Source: Pyrodictium abyssi
Lineage (GTDB): Archaea > Thermoproteota > Thermoprotei_A > Sulfolobales > Pyrodictiaceae
Assembly (NCBI RefSeq): GCF_036323395.1
Contig: NZ_AP028907.1
Span: 300,001-332,000 of the forward strand
Reading direction: 5' to 3'
Length of the DNA: 32,000 nucleotides
Of the stretch, positions 1 to 8,643 are shown in pieces. The stretch's first letter is position 1; every line of letters starts with the position of its first letter. The notes beneath the pieces were generated by a model. It searched no databases, was not told the origin of the DNA, and saw only the letters and a program-made list of their open reading frames with translations. Made by a program: the position numbers and the translations under genes.

Positions 1-2
1 AC

Positions 3-974
3 TTTAGAGGCCATGTCGTGGAGATAGCCACTAGTACCGAGTTCGTGAAGGATAAGGAGGAGTTCTACAAGCTTCTACACGAGTTCACAATAGAGACAAC
101 TAGGAGGAAGCTACGCCGTGCAGCACAGAAGCGTGACCTGCTGGCAGCCCAGGCGATAAGAGCTATAGACGACATAGACAAGACGACCAACCTATTCGCC
201 GCCAGGCTCCGCGAGTGGTACAGCCTACACTTCCCGGAGCTAGACGACCTCGTACGCGAGCACGAGGACTACGTCAAGATAGTAGCTGAGCTCGGCCACC
301 GCGACAACATAATAGTTGAGAACCTCGTCAAGCTGGGCTTCAGTGAGGAGAAGGCGAAGAAGATAGCAGAGGCGGCGGCAAAGAGTATGGGTGCGGACTA
401 CCCGGAGTTCGACATAGAGCCCATGCAGAGACTCGCTAGGATAACCCTAGAGCTATACAAGCTACGCAGAGACCTCTCAGAGTACATAGCCCAGGTGATG
501 AAGGAGGTAGCGCCAAACATAACAGCGCTCGTTGGTCCACTGCTGGGTGCACGCCTCATAAGCCTGGCTGGCGGTCTAGAGGAGCTAGCCTACTTGCCAG
601 CAAGCACTATACAGGTACTAGGCGCCGAGAAGGCCCTCTTCCGTGCTCTAAGGACTGGAGGCAAGCCGCCAAAGCACGGTGTAATATTCCAGTACCCGGA
701 CATACACCGCAGCCCGCGCTGGCAGCGTGGTAAGATAGCTAGGGCACTAGCCGCTAAACTCGCTATAGCTGCTAAGGTAGACTACTTCACAGGCAGATTC
801 ATCGGTGACAAGCTAAAGGAGGCGCTACGGAAGAGGATAGAGGAGATAAAGAGGATATACAAGAAGCCGCCAAAGAGGAAGGAAATCAAGCCGGCAAAGC
901 CTGCAAAGCCAGCCCGCCCGGCCCGTGGTAGGAAGGGCAAGAAGGGTAGGAAGGGCAAGGGTAAGAGAAGGTAG
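3..974 (+). CDS. nop5: Nop5 (Nop56/58) C/D box sRNP core protein, 5'-truncated by the window edge
   Basis: The reading frame is open from base 3, with no stop before the listed GTG at 18, so the N-terminal domain lies upstream of the window. The Nop domain is recognisable ([34 protein letters not shown]). The C-terminus is a Lys/Arg/Pro-rich tail. Fibrillarin follows directly, which is the conserved archaeal gene pair. Confidence 0.9.
   Translation, partial: FRGHVVEIATSTEFVKDKEEFYKLLHEFTIETTRRKLRRAAQKRDLLAAQAIRAIDDIDKTTNLFAARLREWYSLHFPELDDLVREHEDYVKIVAELGHRDNIIVENLVKLGFSEEKAKKIAEAAAKSMGADYPEFDIEPMQRLARITLELYKLRRDLSEYIAQVMKEVAPNITALVGPLLGARLISLAGGLEELAYLPASTIQVLGAEKALFRALRTGGKPPKHGVIFQYPDIHRSPRWQRGKIARALAAKLAIAAKVDYFTGRFIGDKLKEALRKRIEEIKRIYKKPPKRKEIKPAKPAKPARPARGRKGKKGRKGKGKRR
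927..959 (+). repeat. Short tandem duplication inside the basic tail of Nop5
   Basis: GGTAGGAAGGGCAAG occurs at 927-941 and again at 945-959 with an 18-nt period, encoding [12 protein letters not shown]. It is preceded by a [13 protein letters not shown]-coding low-complexity stretch. Confidence 0.6.
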
Positions 975-990
975 GATTCTCCGAGTTTTG

Positions 991-1000
991 ATATATTAAT
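991..1000 (+). promoter_or_regulatory. Putative TATA box for flpA
   Basis: ATATATTAAT lies in the 78-nt nop5-flpA spacer, about 55 nt upstream of the ATG at 1053. A GGTGA SD-like motif at 1042-1046 sits 6 nt before that ATG. Confidence 0.4.
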
Positions 1001-1052
1001 CCTTCATTCATTGTGGGGTAGTTGTTAAGTATACGTGATTGGGTGAACGGAT

Positions 1053-1760
1053 ATGGTAGAGGTAGTAAATGTTTACGAGCATGAGCGCTACAAGGGCGTC
1101 TATGTAGTCGAACTCGAGGACGGCTCTACGAGGCTGGCAACAGTAAACCTAGCGCCGGGGAAGAGGGTTTACGGCGAGAGACTCTTCAAGTGGGAGGACA
1201 AGGAGCTCCGTGAGTGGAATCCGTACCGTAGCAAGCTTGCTGCAGCGCTGCTCAAGGGTATAGAGGAGCTGCCAATCAAGCCGGGGCACCGCATACTATA
1301 CCTCGGTGCGGCTACGGGTACGACACCCAGCCATGTATCCGACATAATAGGTCTGGAGGGCAAGATCTACGCACTCGACGTAGCGCCGCGTGTGATGAGG
1401 GAGCTGATTGCCGTCTGTGAGACAAGGCCTAACATGCTCCCGCTACTGGCGGATGCTAAGAAGCCTTACGAGTATCGCCACATAGTAGAACTCGTTGACG
1501 GCATTTACGCTGACGTAGCGCAGCCGGAACAAGCAGAGATAGTGGCCGATAACGCGGACTTCTTCCTAAAAGAGGGCGGCTACCTCCTGCTAGCAATAAA
1601 GGCTAGGAGCATTGACGTAACAAAGGAGCCAAGCGAAGTATTCCGCAACCAGATAGAGGTGCTAAAGAACCGTGGCTTCGAGATAGTAGACATGGTCCAT
1701 CTAGAGCCCTTCGACAAGGACCACGCTATGGTATATGCCCGCTACAAGCCTCAGAAGTAG
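1053..1760 (+). CDS. flpA: Fibrillarin-like rRNA/tRNA 2'-O-methyltransferase
   Basis: 235 aa. The SAM-binding segment ILYLGAATGTTPSHVSDI and DVAQPEQAEI are typical of archaeal fibrillarin. It sits immediately downstream of nop5. Confidence 0.95.
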   Translation: MVEVVNVYEHERYKGVYVVELEDGSTRLATVNLAPGKRVYGERLFKWEDKELREWNPYRSKLAAALLKGIEELPIKPGHRILYLGAATGTTPSHVSDIIGLEGKIYALDVAPRVMRELIAVCETRPNMLPLLADAKKPYEYRHIVELVDGIYADVAQPEQAEIVADNADFFLKEGGYLLLAIKARSIDVTKEPSEVFRNQIEVLKNRGFEIVDMVHLEPFDKDHAMVYARYKPQK

Positions 1761-1976
1761 AGAACTACGCTTCTAACCATATTTTAGCTTCAAGCGTTAC
1801 TGTTTGGGTCAACCCTCCTGTAGAGGATTCCTCCCACCGGTGCAGGAGCATAACGCTAAATAGCAATGTCTAGAAGTGCTAACACAGCGTATACTATATT
1901 TCTGGTGTAGTAGACCGTAGCTTGGGTAGACAGGATCACTTGTTGTACACGTGGTGTACGTGATAAGGGATAGACT

Positions 1977-2411
1977 ATGGCCTACGCTGGAGAAAGACTA
2001 CATCGTTACATATACCATAAGGCGTATAGAGATAAACAATTCTTCGAGTCGCATCGTCCCGCTGAATACAAGAGTCTAGCACAGCTTGTAGGCGAAGAAA
2101 ACCCTGGTATACGGCTAGTGTCTGGACAGTATCACGTATTTGATAAGTCTGAGATAGAGTTGCTAAGTAGTGTACTTCCCTGGTACATGCATAATCTGGT
2201 TAAGCTACCATTCTTCTTCATGTACATGCGCGTAGGCCATGTAGGACGCTATAAGCTTGTGGGCCCGGACCGTTGGGCAGCAAGAGCATTAGGCTATATC
2301 CTAGAGGAGGATATTACAAAGGAAAAGTGGGAGCTTAGTGGGAGCGAGATGCGGCAACTGCTCTCGTCGTTTAAAACTCTTATAATAGTCTCTTTATCAA
2401 TTTCACTGTAA
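1977..2411 (+). CDS. Small conserved archaeal protein, DUF61/UPF0216-like
   Basis: 144 aa. The pattern KSLAQLVGEENPGIRLVSGQYHVFDKSEIELLSSVLP...LVKLPFFF matches my recollection of the UPF0216 family signature (KSL.ELL.EE.P.....G..H.F...ELE.L). The assignment is from memory only. Confidence 0.55.
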   Translation: MAYAGERLHRYIYHKAYRDKQFFESHRPAEYKSLAQLVGEENPGIRLVSGQYHVFDKSEIELLSSVLPWYMHNLVKLPFFFMYMRVGHVGRYKLVGPDRWAARALGYILEEDITKEKWELSGSEMRQLLSSFKTLIIVSLSISL

Positions 2412-2436
2412 ACAACGGGGCGGGGTTAGGGAAGCG

Positions 2437-3414
2437 ATGAAGTCAGTAGAGGACGTACTGTGGGAAACCATAAGGACGCTACAGATGTATGGCTATAGTG
2501 TCGATAAGGTAGTGTACCCAGAGGACCCCAGAAAACGCAGCATAGACGTAGTGGCATCACGCAACGGCGAAAGCCCGCTGCTCGTAAAGATTGTCGAGGA
2601 TACAGCGCAGCTACAGTCCAGGGAGCTTAGAGAGCTCAGGGAGTGTAGCCTGCTGCTGGACGCAGCGGGCCTGGTAGTAGCTAACAAAGATGGTGGTGTA
2701 GAGATAGACTACATGGTCGCCCACGAGCGGTCGGGCGTCTACGTAGTAAGCGCGGCTGGGCTAGAAGCGGCTCTCAACAACTCTATCTACGTGGTCAAGA
2801 GGCAGGGCAACTACTACATGAGGGTGGATGGTGAGAAGCTTAGAGAAGAACGGATGCGCAAAGGCTACAGCCTTGGCGACCTAGCGGCTATGCTGAGCGT
2901 CAGCCGTAGGAGCGTGTATATGTACGAGCAAGAGGAGGTGGACATATCACTAAATACAGCCCTTAGGCTAATGGACATATTCGGCGAGGATGTGTTTAAA
3001 CCAATACCAATACTCCATGAGAAGCTAGAGCAGAAACGCGTACCGAGGCTTCCAAGACGGAGAGTAGGAAATGAGTCGTCTGAGGCCGGAAAGGCTATAG
3101 AGACTATAGTCCGGGCTGGCGGAGAGGCTGTTGAGACTAAGCGTATACCACCAGACGTAGTGGCAAGGCTTGGAGACGACAAAATGCTAATAGTTATAGA
3201 GCGACGGCGTGAACGTAGGCTCGAGAAAAGGGTATATGAGGCCGCTAAGGTGGCTATGAAGGTAGTTGCAAAGGTAATAGCTATCACGCAGCGGCGCGAA
3301 TACCGCGCAGAGCTAGAAGATTACGGGGTCAACATATACACCAGTTTTGAGGAATTTGTATCCGAAGTCGGCGTCGAAGAAGCCAAAAAGATGCACAACA
3401 GCAACAGCTCTTAA
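2437..3414 (+). CDS. Archaeal HTH (Cro/C1, XRE-type) transcriptional regulator family protein
   Basis: 325 aa. The central helix-turn-helix is GYSLGDLAAMLSVSRRSVYMYEQEEVDISLNTALRL, flanked by N- and C-terminal domains. This is the architecture of the conserved 'putative HTH-type transcriptional regulatory protein' family of archaea. Confidence 0.7.
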   Translation: MKSVEDVLWETIRTLQMYGYSVDKVVYPEDPRKRSIDVVASRNGESPLLVKIVEDTAQLQSRELRELRECSLLLDAAGLVVANKDGGVEIDYMVAHERSGVYVVSAAGLEAALNNSIYVVKRQGNYYMRVDGEKLREERMRKGYSLGDLAAMLSVSRRSVYMYEQEEVDISLNTALRLMDIFGEDVFKPIPILHEKLEQKRVPRLPRRRVGNESSEAGKAIETIVRAGGEAVETKRIPPDVVARLGDDKMLIVIERRRERRLEKRVYEAAKVAMKVVAKVIAITQRREYRAELEDYGVNIYTSFEEFVSEVGVEEAKKMHNSNSS

Positions 3415-3452
3415 GAAGGCCTCCCTCTCCTCCGCCTCCTCCGGGAGCCTCA

Positions 3453-4781
3453 TTGGGGATAAGCCTGCGTAGCCGGATACACATAGCAGAACTACTCGAC
3501 AAGGGCGAGGTAGGAAAGGAGTACACTGTAGCCGGGTGGGTAGACACAGTAAGAGCCCACGGCGGCATAGTATTCGTTGTCCTACGCGACCGTACCGGAA
3601 AGATACAGCTGGTTGTAAAGAAGAACGTGTCAAAGGAGGCGTGGAAGACTGCAAAGAATCTTACACCTGAAAGCGTAATAGCAGCACGCGGAACACTCGT
3701 TGAGAGCAAGGCAGCTCTAGGAGGCCGTGAACTCGTAGTAGGCGAGCTCACAGTATACTCCAAGGCGGATGCACTCCCCATAGACATAAAGGACCATACA
3801 AAGACTATACTGGCAAAAAGGCTTGACTGGAGGTTCCTAGACCTACGTAACCCAAGGAACCTTCTAATCTTCCTCATAGAGGCCGAAATGGCTAGAGCAG
3901 CCAGGGAATGGTTCTACGAGCACGGCTTCGTGGAGATATTTACATCAAAGATAGTGGGCGCTGCTACAGAAGGCGGTGCAGAGGTATTCAGCATAGTCTA
4001 CTTCGATAAGCCAGCATTCCTGGCACAGTCTCCACAGCTCTACAAGCAGATGGGCGTAATAGCCGGGTTTGAGCGTGTCTTCGAGATAGGTCCAGCCTTC
4101 CGTGCAGAGCCGCACCACACTACACGTCACTTGACGGAGTACACGAGCCTAGACCTAGAGATGGGGTTCATAGACAGTTTCGAGGATGTGATGGACGCCG
4201 TAGAAGGCGTAGTACGCGCCATGATAAGGCGAGCTATATCAACCTATGGTAGCCAGATAAAAGAGTACTTCCCTAACGCCATACTCGAAGAGCCGAAGGA
4301 GATACCAAGAATAACCATCCGCGAGGCCTACAAACTACTCGAGTCAGCAGGAGTGGAAGTAGAATGGGGCGAAGACTTGAGCAGCGAGGGCGAGAGGAAG
4401 CTAGGTGAGATAATCGAACGCGAGTATGGCTCCCCGATGGTGTTCGTGACAGAGTACCCATGGCGTGCTAGACCCTTCTACACTATGAAGAAGCCAGACG
4501 ATCCAGAGTGGACTCTGAGCTTCGACCTGCTGTTCCGTGGACTCGAAATAGCGACAGGCGGGCAGCGCGAGCACCGGTACGAAGTACTAGTAAAGCAGAT
4601 AGAAGAGAAGGGTCTAAACCCTAGGAACTTCGAATGGTACCTCAACATGTTCCGCTTCGGGGCGCCTCCACATGGAGGTGCAGGTATAGGTCTTGAGAGA
4701 GTAGCCATGCAGCTACTAGGACTCGGCAATATACGCGAAGCCCGCCTACTGCCACGTGACCCAGAACGACTGACACCATAG
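3453..4781 (+). CDS. aspS: Aspartyl-tRNA synthetase, archaeal type
   Basis: 442 aa. It has an N-terminal OB-fold (VAGWVDTVRAHGGIVFVVLRDRTGKIQ), class II motif 2 (FRAEPHHTTRHLTEYTSLDLEM) and motif 3 (GGAGIGLERV). The C-terminus LLPRDPERLTP is as in Thermococcales AspRS. The start is TTG, with GGGAG 7 nt upstream. Confidence 0.95.
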   Translation: MGISLRSRIHIAELLDKGEVGKEYTVAGWVDTVRAHGGIVFVVLRDRTGKIQLVVKKNVSKEAWKTAKNLTPESVIAARGTLVESKAALGGRELVVGELTVYSKADALPIDIKDHTKTILAKRLDWRFLDLRNPRNLLIFLIEAEMARAAREWFYEHGFVEIFTSKIVGAATEGGAEVFSIVYFDKPAFLAQSPQLYKQMGVIAGFERVFEIGPAFRAEPHHTTRHLTEYTSLDLEMGFIDSFEDVMDAVEGVVRAMIRRAISTYGSQIKEYFPNAILEEPKEIPRITIREAYKLLESAGVEVEWGEDLSSEGERKLGEIIEREYGSPMVFVTEYPWRARPFYTMKKPDDPEWTLSFDLLFRGLEIATGGQREHRYEVLVKQIEEKGLNPRNFEWYLNMFRFGAPPHGGAGIGLERVAMQLLGLGNIREARLLPRDPERLTP

Positions 4782-4895
4782 ACAGCGCTACATGCACAGT
4801 CTTTTCGGAACTCCAGCTATTTGGTAGGAGATGTATATAGGAATTCCAAATGTCAATGGATTTTCATAGGGCTGTAGAGGATCCATGTGTGGGAT

Positions 4896-4970
4896 CTGGT
4901 CAGCCCCCAGCGCCTCTTCATCGACTAGGAGAAACTATTCATCTCCGCGTCGTCTAGCCTCATCACGCCG
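4896..4970 (-). ncRNA. Candidate atypical C/D box sRNA
   Basis: Read on the minus strand: C box GTGATGA (4966-4960), a 12-nt guide GGCTAGACGACG, CGGA (D'-like, 4947-4944), a 22-nt spacer, ATGAAGA (C'-like, 4921-4915), an 11-nt guide GGCGCTGGGGG and the D box CTGA (4903-4900). The AT-rich element at 4992-5000 lies about 26-34 nt upstream of the C box. There is no terminal stem and the spacer is long. Confidence 0.3.
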
Positions 4971-4991
4971 CTAGGAAGCTCCGAGAGAATC

Positions 4992-5000
4992 ATTATTAAT
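4992..5000. promoter_or_regulatory. Putative TATA element, possibly bidirectional
   Basis: ATTATTAAT is centred about 27 nt upstream of the ATG at 5024, which fits a leaderless radical SAM mRNA. It is also about 27 nt upstream of position 4970 on the opposite strand, just before the candidate C box. Confidence 0.4.
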
Positions 5001-5023
5001 GGTTATCGAAGGCGGATGTTTAA

Positions 5024-6289
5024 ATGGGGTTAATAATGCACCATGGATCTAAAAGGCACACTGTAGCTATTCACCGAAGCTGGCCATTCGACGAGAAACC
5101 CCTCCTAATCTTCTGGGAGACCACTAAGGCGTGTATGCTTGCATGCAAGCACTGCCGTGCATCAGCTATACTCGAGCCTCTCCCAGGCGAGCTAAGCCAT
5201 GAAGAAGGAATCAAGCTTATAGACGATATTGCGGGTTTTGGTAAGCCTTCCCCTATACTCGTGTTTACTGGCGGCGATCCCTTAATGAGAAAGGACATCT
5301 GGAGCCTAGTGGCTAGAGCCAAGGAACACGATATAACCGTAGCCATGGCGCCAGCTATAACACCAAAGCTCACCGATGCCGAGATAAGAAGAATGGTTGA
5401 AATGGGCGTCAAGGGAATCAGTATAAGCCTTGATGGTAGCAGGCCCGAGATCCATGACCGTATACGCGGCGTACCTGGAGTCTTCAACAGGAGTATTGAG
5501 GTAATCCGCTCTATGCTGGATAGCGGTCTAAGAGTCCAGGTTAATACTGCAGTCATGAGAGACAATGTAGAGGACCTAGCCGACATGGTGAAACTATTGT
5601 ATGACCTGGGCGTCCGTGTATGGGAAGTCTTCTACCTCATACCTGTTGGCCGTGCGCAAAAAGACCTAGACCTCACGCCCAAGGAGTGGGAGGACGTGAG
5701 CCACTTCCTATACGAGGCGTCTAAGTACGGTATAGTAGTGCGCACAACCGAGGGACCCATGTTCAGACGTATAGCGCTCACACGCAGACTACTCGAGCTA
5801 CACGGCTACAACCCTGACGAAGTCCTCAACCCCGGCCCTCTATACCATAAGCTCGTTTCGAGGCTACGCAGCCTCCTCGGAGAGCCCAGAGATAAGCCTC
5901 TAGCATCAACTACTGGGACGCGAGACGGCAAAGGCATAGTATTCATATCGCATGACGGACTCGTATACCCCAGCGGCTTCATGCCCTATCCTGTGGGCAA
6001 TGTAAGGAAAGAGAGCATAGTCAAGATATACCGGGAAAACAGCCTAATGAAGAAGATACGCGCAGCGGAGTTCAAAGGCAGGTGTGGCGTCTGCGAATTC
6101 CGCGATATATGCGGCGGTAGTAGAGCACGTGCGTACACAGTACTCGGTGACCCTCTAGCAGAAGACCCCGCCTGCCCATACAGCCCTGGCGAGTTTACAA
6201 GACTAGTAGAGAAGCTAGGACTAGACACGGAGAAGGCTGTGGACGAGATAGAAGGGCTAAAACACGTGCTCCCACCCAAGCCTAAGTGA
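5024..6289 (+). CDS. Radical SAM/SPASM protein, NirJ-like (AhbC/AhbD type; tentatively AhbD-like heme synthase)
   Basis: 421 aa. It carries CMLACKHC (CxxxCxxC), the GGDPLMR SAM-binding segment and a C-terminal Cys-rich SPASM-like region (RCGVCEFRDICGGSRARAY...DPACPY). It is adjacent to the fused AhbA/B gene. The C versus D assignment cannot be made from sequence by eye. Confidence 0.8.
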   Translation: MGLIMHHGSKRHTVAIHRSWPFDEKPLLIFWETTKACMLACKHCRASAILEPLPGELSHEEGIKLIDDIAGFGKPSPILVFTGGDPLMRKDIWSLVARAKEHDITVAMAPAITPKLTDAEIRRMVEMGVKGISISLDGSRPEIHDRIRGVPGVFNRSIEVIRSMLDSGLRVQVNTAVMRDNVEDLADMVKLLYDLGVRVWEVFYLIPVGRAQKDLDLTPKEWEDVSHFLYEASKYGIVVRTTEGPMFRRIALTRRLLELHGYNPDEVLNPGPLYHKLVSRLRSLLGEPRDKPLASTTGTRDGKGIVFISHDGLVYPSGFMPYPVGNVRKESIVKIYRENSLMKKIRAAEFKGRCGVCEFRDICGGSRARAYTVLGDPLAEDPACPYSPGEFTRLVEKLGLDTEKAVDEIEGLKHVLPPKPK

Positions 6290-6323
6290 CGCATGCACCC
6301 ATTTTCTCCAGCTCCAGGACATC

Positions 6324-7343
6324 ATGGGTGTGTATGGCATGGGTAGATTCATTCCAGATATCGTGGAGAAGCTCGGCGGCGAACTAGTAGCTGAAGCGCT
6401 TATGGAGCTACAGTATAGGTTCCCTCTAACACCTACACCGTACCATGATGTAGCCGAGAGGCTGGGCATCGGCGTGGCCGAGCTCCTGGACATGTTGAAG
6501 ACGCTGAAGGAGAAGCGTATACTGAAGCGTATAGGCTTCTACCTAAACTATAGAGCGGCTAGGAAGCGAGCAGCACTAATAGCAATAGAGGCCGACAAGC
6601 CCAGAGAAGCAACAAGGTACCTTGCAGGAGTCCTAGAGGTTACACACAGCTACCTACGAGACCACCCGGTCTACAATCTATGGGTTGTAGGAAAGCATGA
6701 GGACCCCGAAAAGATAGTAGAGGCTGCACAGAAGGCAGCAGAACAATACGGCAGTGGTAGGTGGCTGGTACTCTGGGGGGAGAAAACCCTCCGGCTTAGC
6801 GTAAAATACGATCTAGAGAAGGGCGTCAGCAGAGCTGGCCCGCTTAGCAGTGTTGCAGCTAACCCACCCAAGCCAGAGGATATAGGCTACAGCATGGCTC
6901 TCGTCCGCGCGCTACGTGTGCTGCCACTGGAGGAGCGCCCATACGCGGTGATAGCTAACCGGCTCGGGCTCACAGAAGAACAGGTTGTAGCAGCAATGCG
7001 CGAGATGCTAGAGAAAGGCATACTGGGTGACCCTGGAGCGGCTCTGGACGGCCATAGACTGGGCTTCGTATACAATGGCATGGTTACGCTAGCACCTAGA
7101 GACATGGAGCAGCTAGACATGCTATGCCAGTGGGTTGTAGACAACGTTGAGGAAGCCACCCACGTGGTCAAGCGCTCAGTGACTCCACCCGGGAGCTGGA
7201 GGCACCTATGCTACTTCATGGTGCACGCCGTCGACCAGGAGAAGGTAAAGCAGGTCCTAAGACGGCTGGAGAACTGCCCGTACCTCGATGATTACATGGT
7301 AATCAAGAGTCTAGAGGACTTGCTCCCTGGCGTAATAAGATAG
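6324..7343 (+). CDS. ahbAB: Siroheme decarboxylase, fused AhbA/AhbB (NirDL/GH-like, two Lrp/AsnC-type modules)
   Basis: 339 aa with two repeats of the characteristic module. The first is LMELQYRFPLTPTPYHDVAERLGIGVAELLDMLKTLKEKRILKRIGF. The second is LRALRVLPLEERPYAVIANRLGLTEEQVVAAMREMLEKGIL. It is flanked on both sides by NirJ-like radical SAM genes. Confidence 0.8.
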   Translation: MGVYGMGRFIPDIVEKLGGELVAEALMELQYRFPLTPTPYHDVAERLGIGVAELLDMLKTLKEKRILKRIGFYLNYRAARKRAALIAIEADKPREATRYLAGVLEVTHSYLRDHPVYNLWVVGKHEDPEKIVEAAQKAAEQYGSGRWLVLWGEKTLRLSVKYDLEKGVSRAGPLSSVAANPPKPEDIGYSMALVRALRVLPLEERPYAVIANRLGLTEEQVVAAMREMLEKGILGDPGAALDGHRLGFVYNGMVTLAPRDMEQLDMLCQWVVDNVEEATHVVKRSVTPPGSWRHLCYFMVHAVDQEKVKQVLRRLENCPYLDDYMVIKSLEDLLPGVIR

Positions 7344-7410
7344 GCGAATAATCACGTTATTTTAACTACGTGAGGATGTATGCATAAAGCGTGTAAGAGG
7401 TGCGTCGTAG

Positions 7411-8598
7411 GTGATACCTGTCACTGTAATGGTCGCGGGTAAGGGCACTGTATCAACACGTATAAAGGGGCATTACGGGCCCAAAAAGCCGTCTCGGTTC
7501 TCAGACGTTCTCAGGCCTATAGTGTTTTGGAATATAACGTACCAGTGTAATCTAAAGTGCGCGCACTGCTACATAAATGCTATTCAGAATAGGCTGCCCA
7601 AGGAGATGTCCACTGAAGAGGCACGTAGACTATCAGAGGAAATGGTAGAGATGGGCATACCCCTGGTCGTGGTAACTGGCGGCGAGCCTCTAGTGAGAGA
7701 AGACTTCTGGGAGATAATGGAGCCCATGGCTAACAAGCGGAGACCTCGTCTATCCCTTAGCACGAATGGCACACTGATAACGCGTGACGTGGCGGAGAGG
7801 CTAGCATCCTATGGCTTCGTGTATGTAGGGATCTCTATAGATAGCGTCAAGCCAGGATGGCATGACAAGTTCCGAGGAGTAGAGGGGGCATTTGAGGCTA
7901 CACTGCGCGGCATAAAGAACAGTATAGATGCAGGGATAGACGTCGGCATAAGAACAACAATAACTAGGTACAACGTTAGGGAGGTCCCGGAGATTCTACG
8001 CTGGTCCTACGACATGGGTATAAAGAGGATAAGCCTCTACATACTAGACACTGTAGGCCGTGGCACTGGGATAAAGGACTGGCTTCCAACCCATGAGCAG
8101 CTGAAATGGCTAGCAGACATACTCGTAGACGAGGCTAGGAAGTACGCAGACGCAATGGAGATACTCATAGTCAGAGGCCAGTTCATGGGCATATACATAG
8201 CTGACAAGCTCTCAAAGTCCAACGAGGAATTCATAGAATATATAAAGATGCTTGATGCGCAGGGCAACTGTGGGAGAAAAAGCGTAAGTATATACCCTGA
8301 CGGCTCGGTAAAGCCCTGCCAGTTCGTGGACTGGGTAAGCCTAGGCAATGTACGCGAGAAGAGGCTACGCGAAATACTAAACCCAGACAATCCTGCTCTC
8401 AAACCATTCCTCGAAATCGAAAAGCACCTACGCGGCCCTAAGTGTAGCAGCTGTGCGTTCCGCCGTATATGCGGTGGAGGAAGCCGTGGAAGAGCATTGG
8501 AAATCTATGGTGACGAGTGGGGAGACGACCCGCTCTGCTTCATAGACCCCGTTGATATAGCTAGAAGGAGGGGGATAGACTCTACAAGCATTGTGTAG
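7411..8598 (+). CDS. Radical SAM/SPASM protein, NirJ-like (AhbC/AhbD type; tentatively AhbC-like)
   Basis: 395 aa. It carries CNLKCAHC (CxxxCxxC), GGEPLVR and a C-terminal KCSSCAFRRICGGGSRGRA...DDPLCF region. The GTG start at 7411 is supported by GAGGTG at 7397-7402. Confidence 0.8.
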   Translation: MIPVTVMVAGKGTVSTRIKGHYGPKKPSRFSDVLRPIVFWNITYQCNLKCAHCYINAIQNRLPKEMSTEEARRLSEEMVEMGIPLVVVTGGEPLVREDFWEIMEPMANKRRPRLSLSTNGTLITRDVAERLASYGFVYVGISIDSVKPGWHDKFRGVEGAFEATLRGIKNSIDAGIDVGIRTTITRYNVREVPEILRWSYDMGIKRISLYILDTVGRGTGIKDWLPTHEQLKWLADILVDEARKYADAMEILIVRGQFMGIYIADKLSKSNEEFIEYIKMLDAQGNCGRKSVSIYPDGSVKPCQFVDWVSLGNVREKRLREILNPDNPALKPFLEIEKHLRGPKCSSCAFRRICGGGSRGRALEIYGDEWGDDPLCFIDPVDIARRRGIDSTSIV

Positions 8599-8643
8599 CC
8601 AGCGGTGACCCCAGCGTCCTTAAAATATCTCCCGGTCACACTC

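Noticed and set aside
1945-1959. The hairpin or palindrome GTACAC-GTG-GTGTAC lies 18 nt upstream of the DUF61 gene start. Nearby are CTCCTG...CAGGAG (1815-1848) and GAGGA-T-TCCTC (1824-1834) in the 216-nt flpA-DUF61 spacer.
   Set aside because: These stems are only 5-6 bp. Such short inverted repeats are frequent by chance, and I found no C/D or H/ACA box arrangement around them. They are noted only as possible operator or leader elements.
2865-3877. Long antisense ORFs opposite well-supported genes: 2865-3287, 3313-3654 and 3329-3877. Similar ones occur at 5071-5586, 8037-8402, 10120-10458, 11983-12345, 16302-16625, 22707-23081 and 24391-24769.
   Set aside because: All are Ser/Arg/Leu/Pro-rich low-complexity translations with no recognisable motif. 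They lie entirely inside genes whose sense-strand products have strong family signatures. Such shadow ORFs are expected opposite coding sequence with this codon bias.
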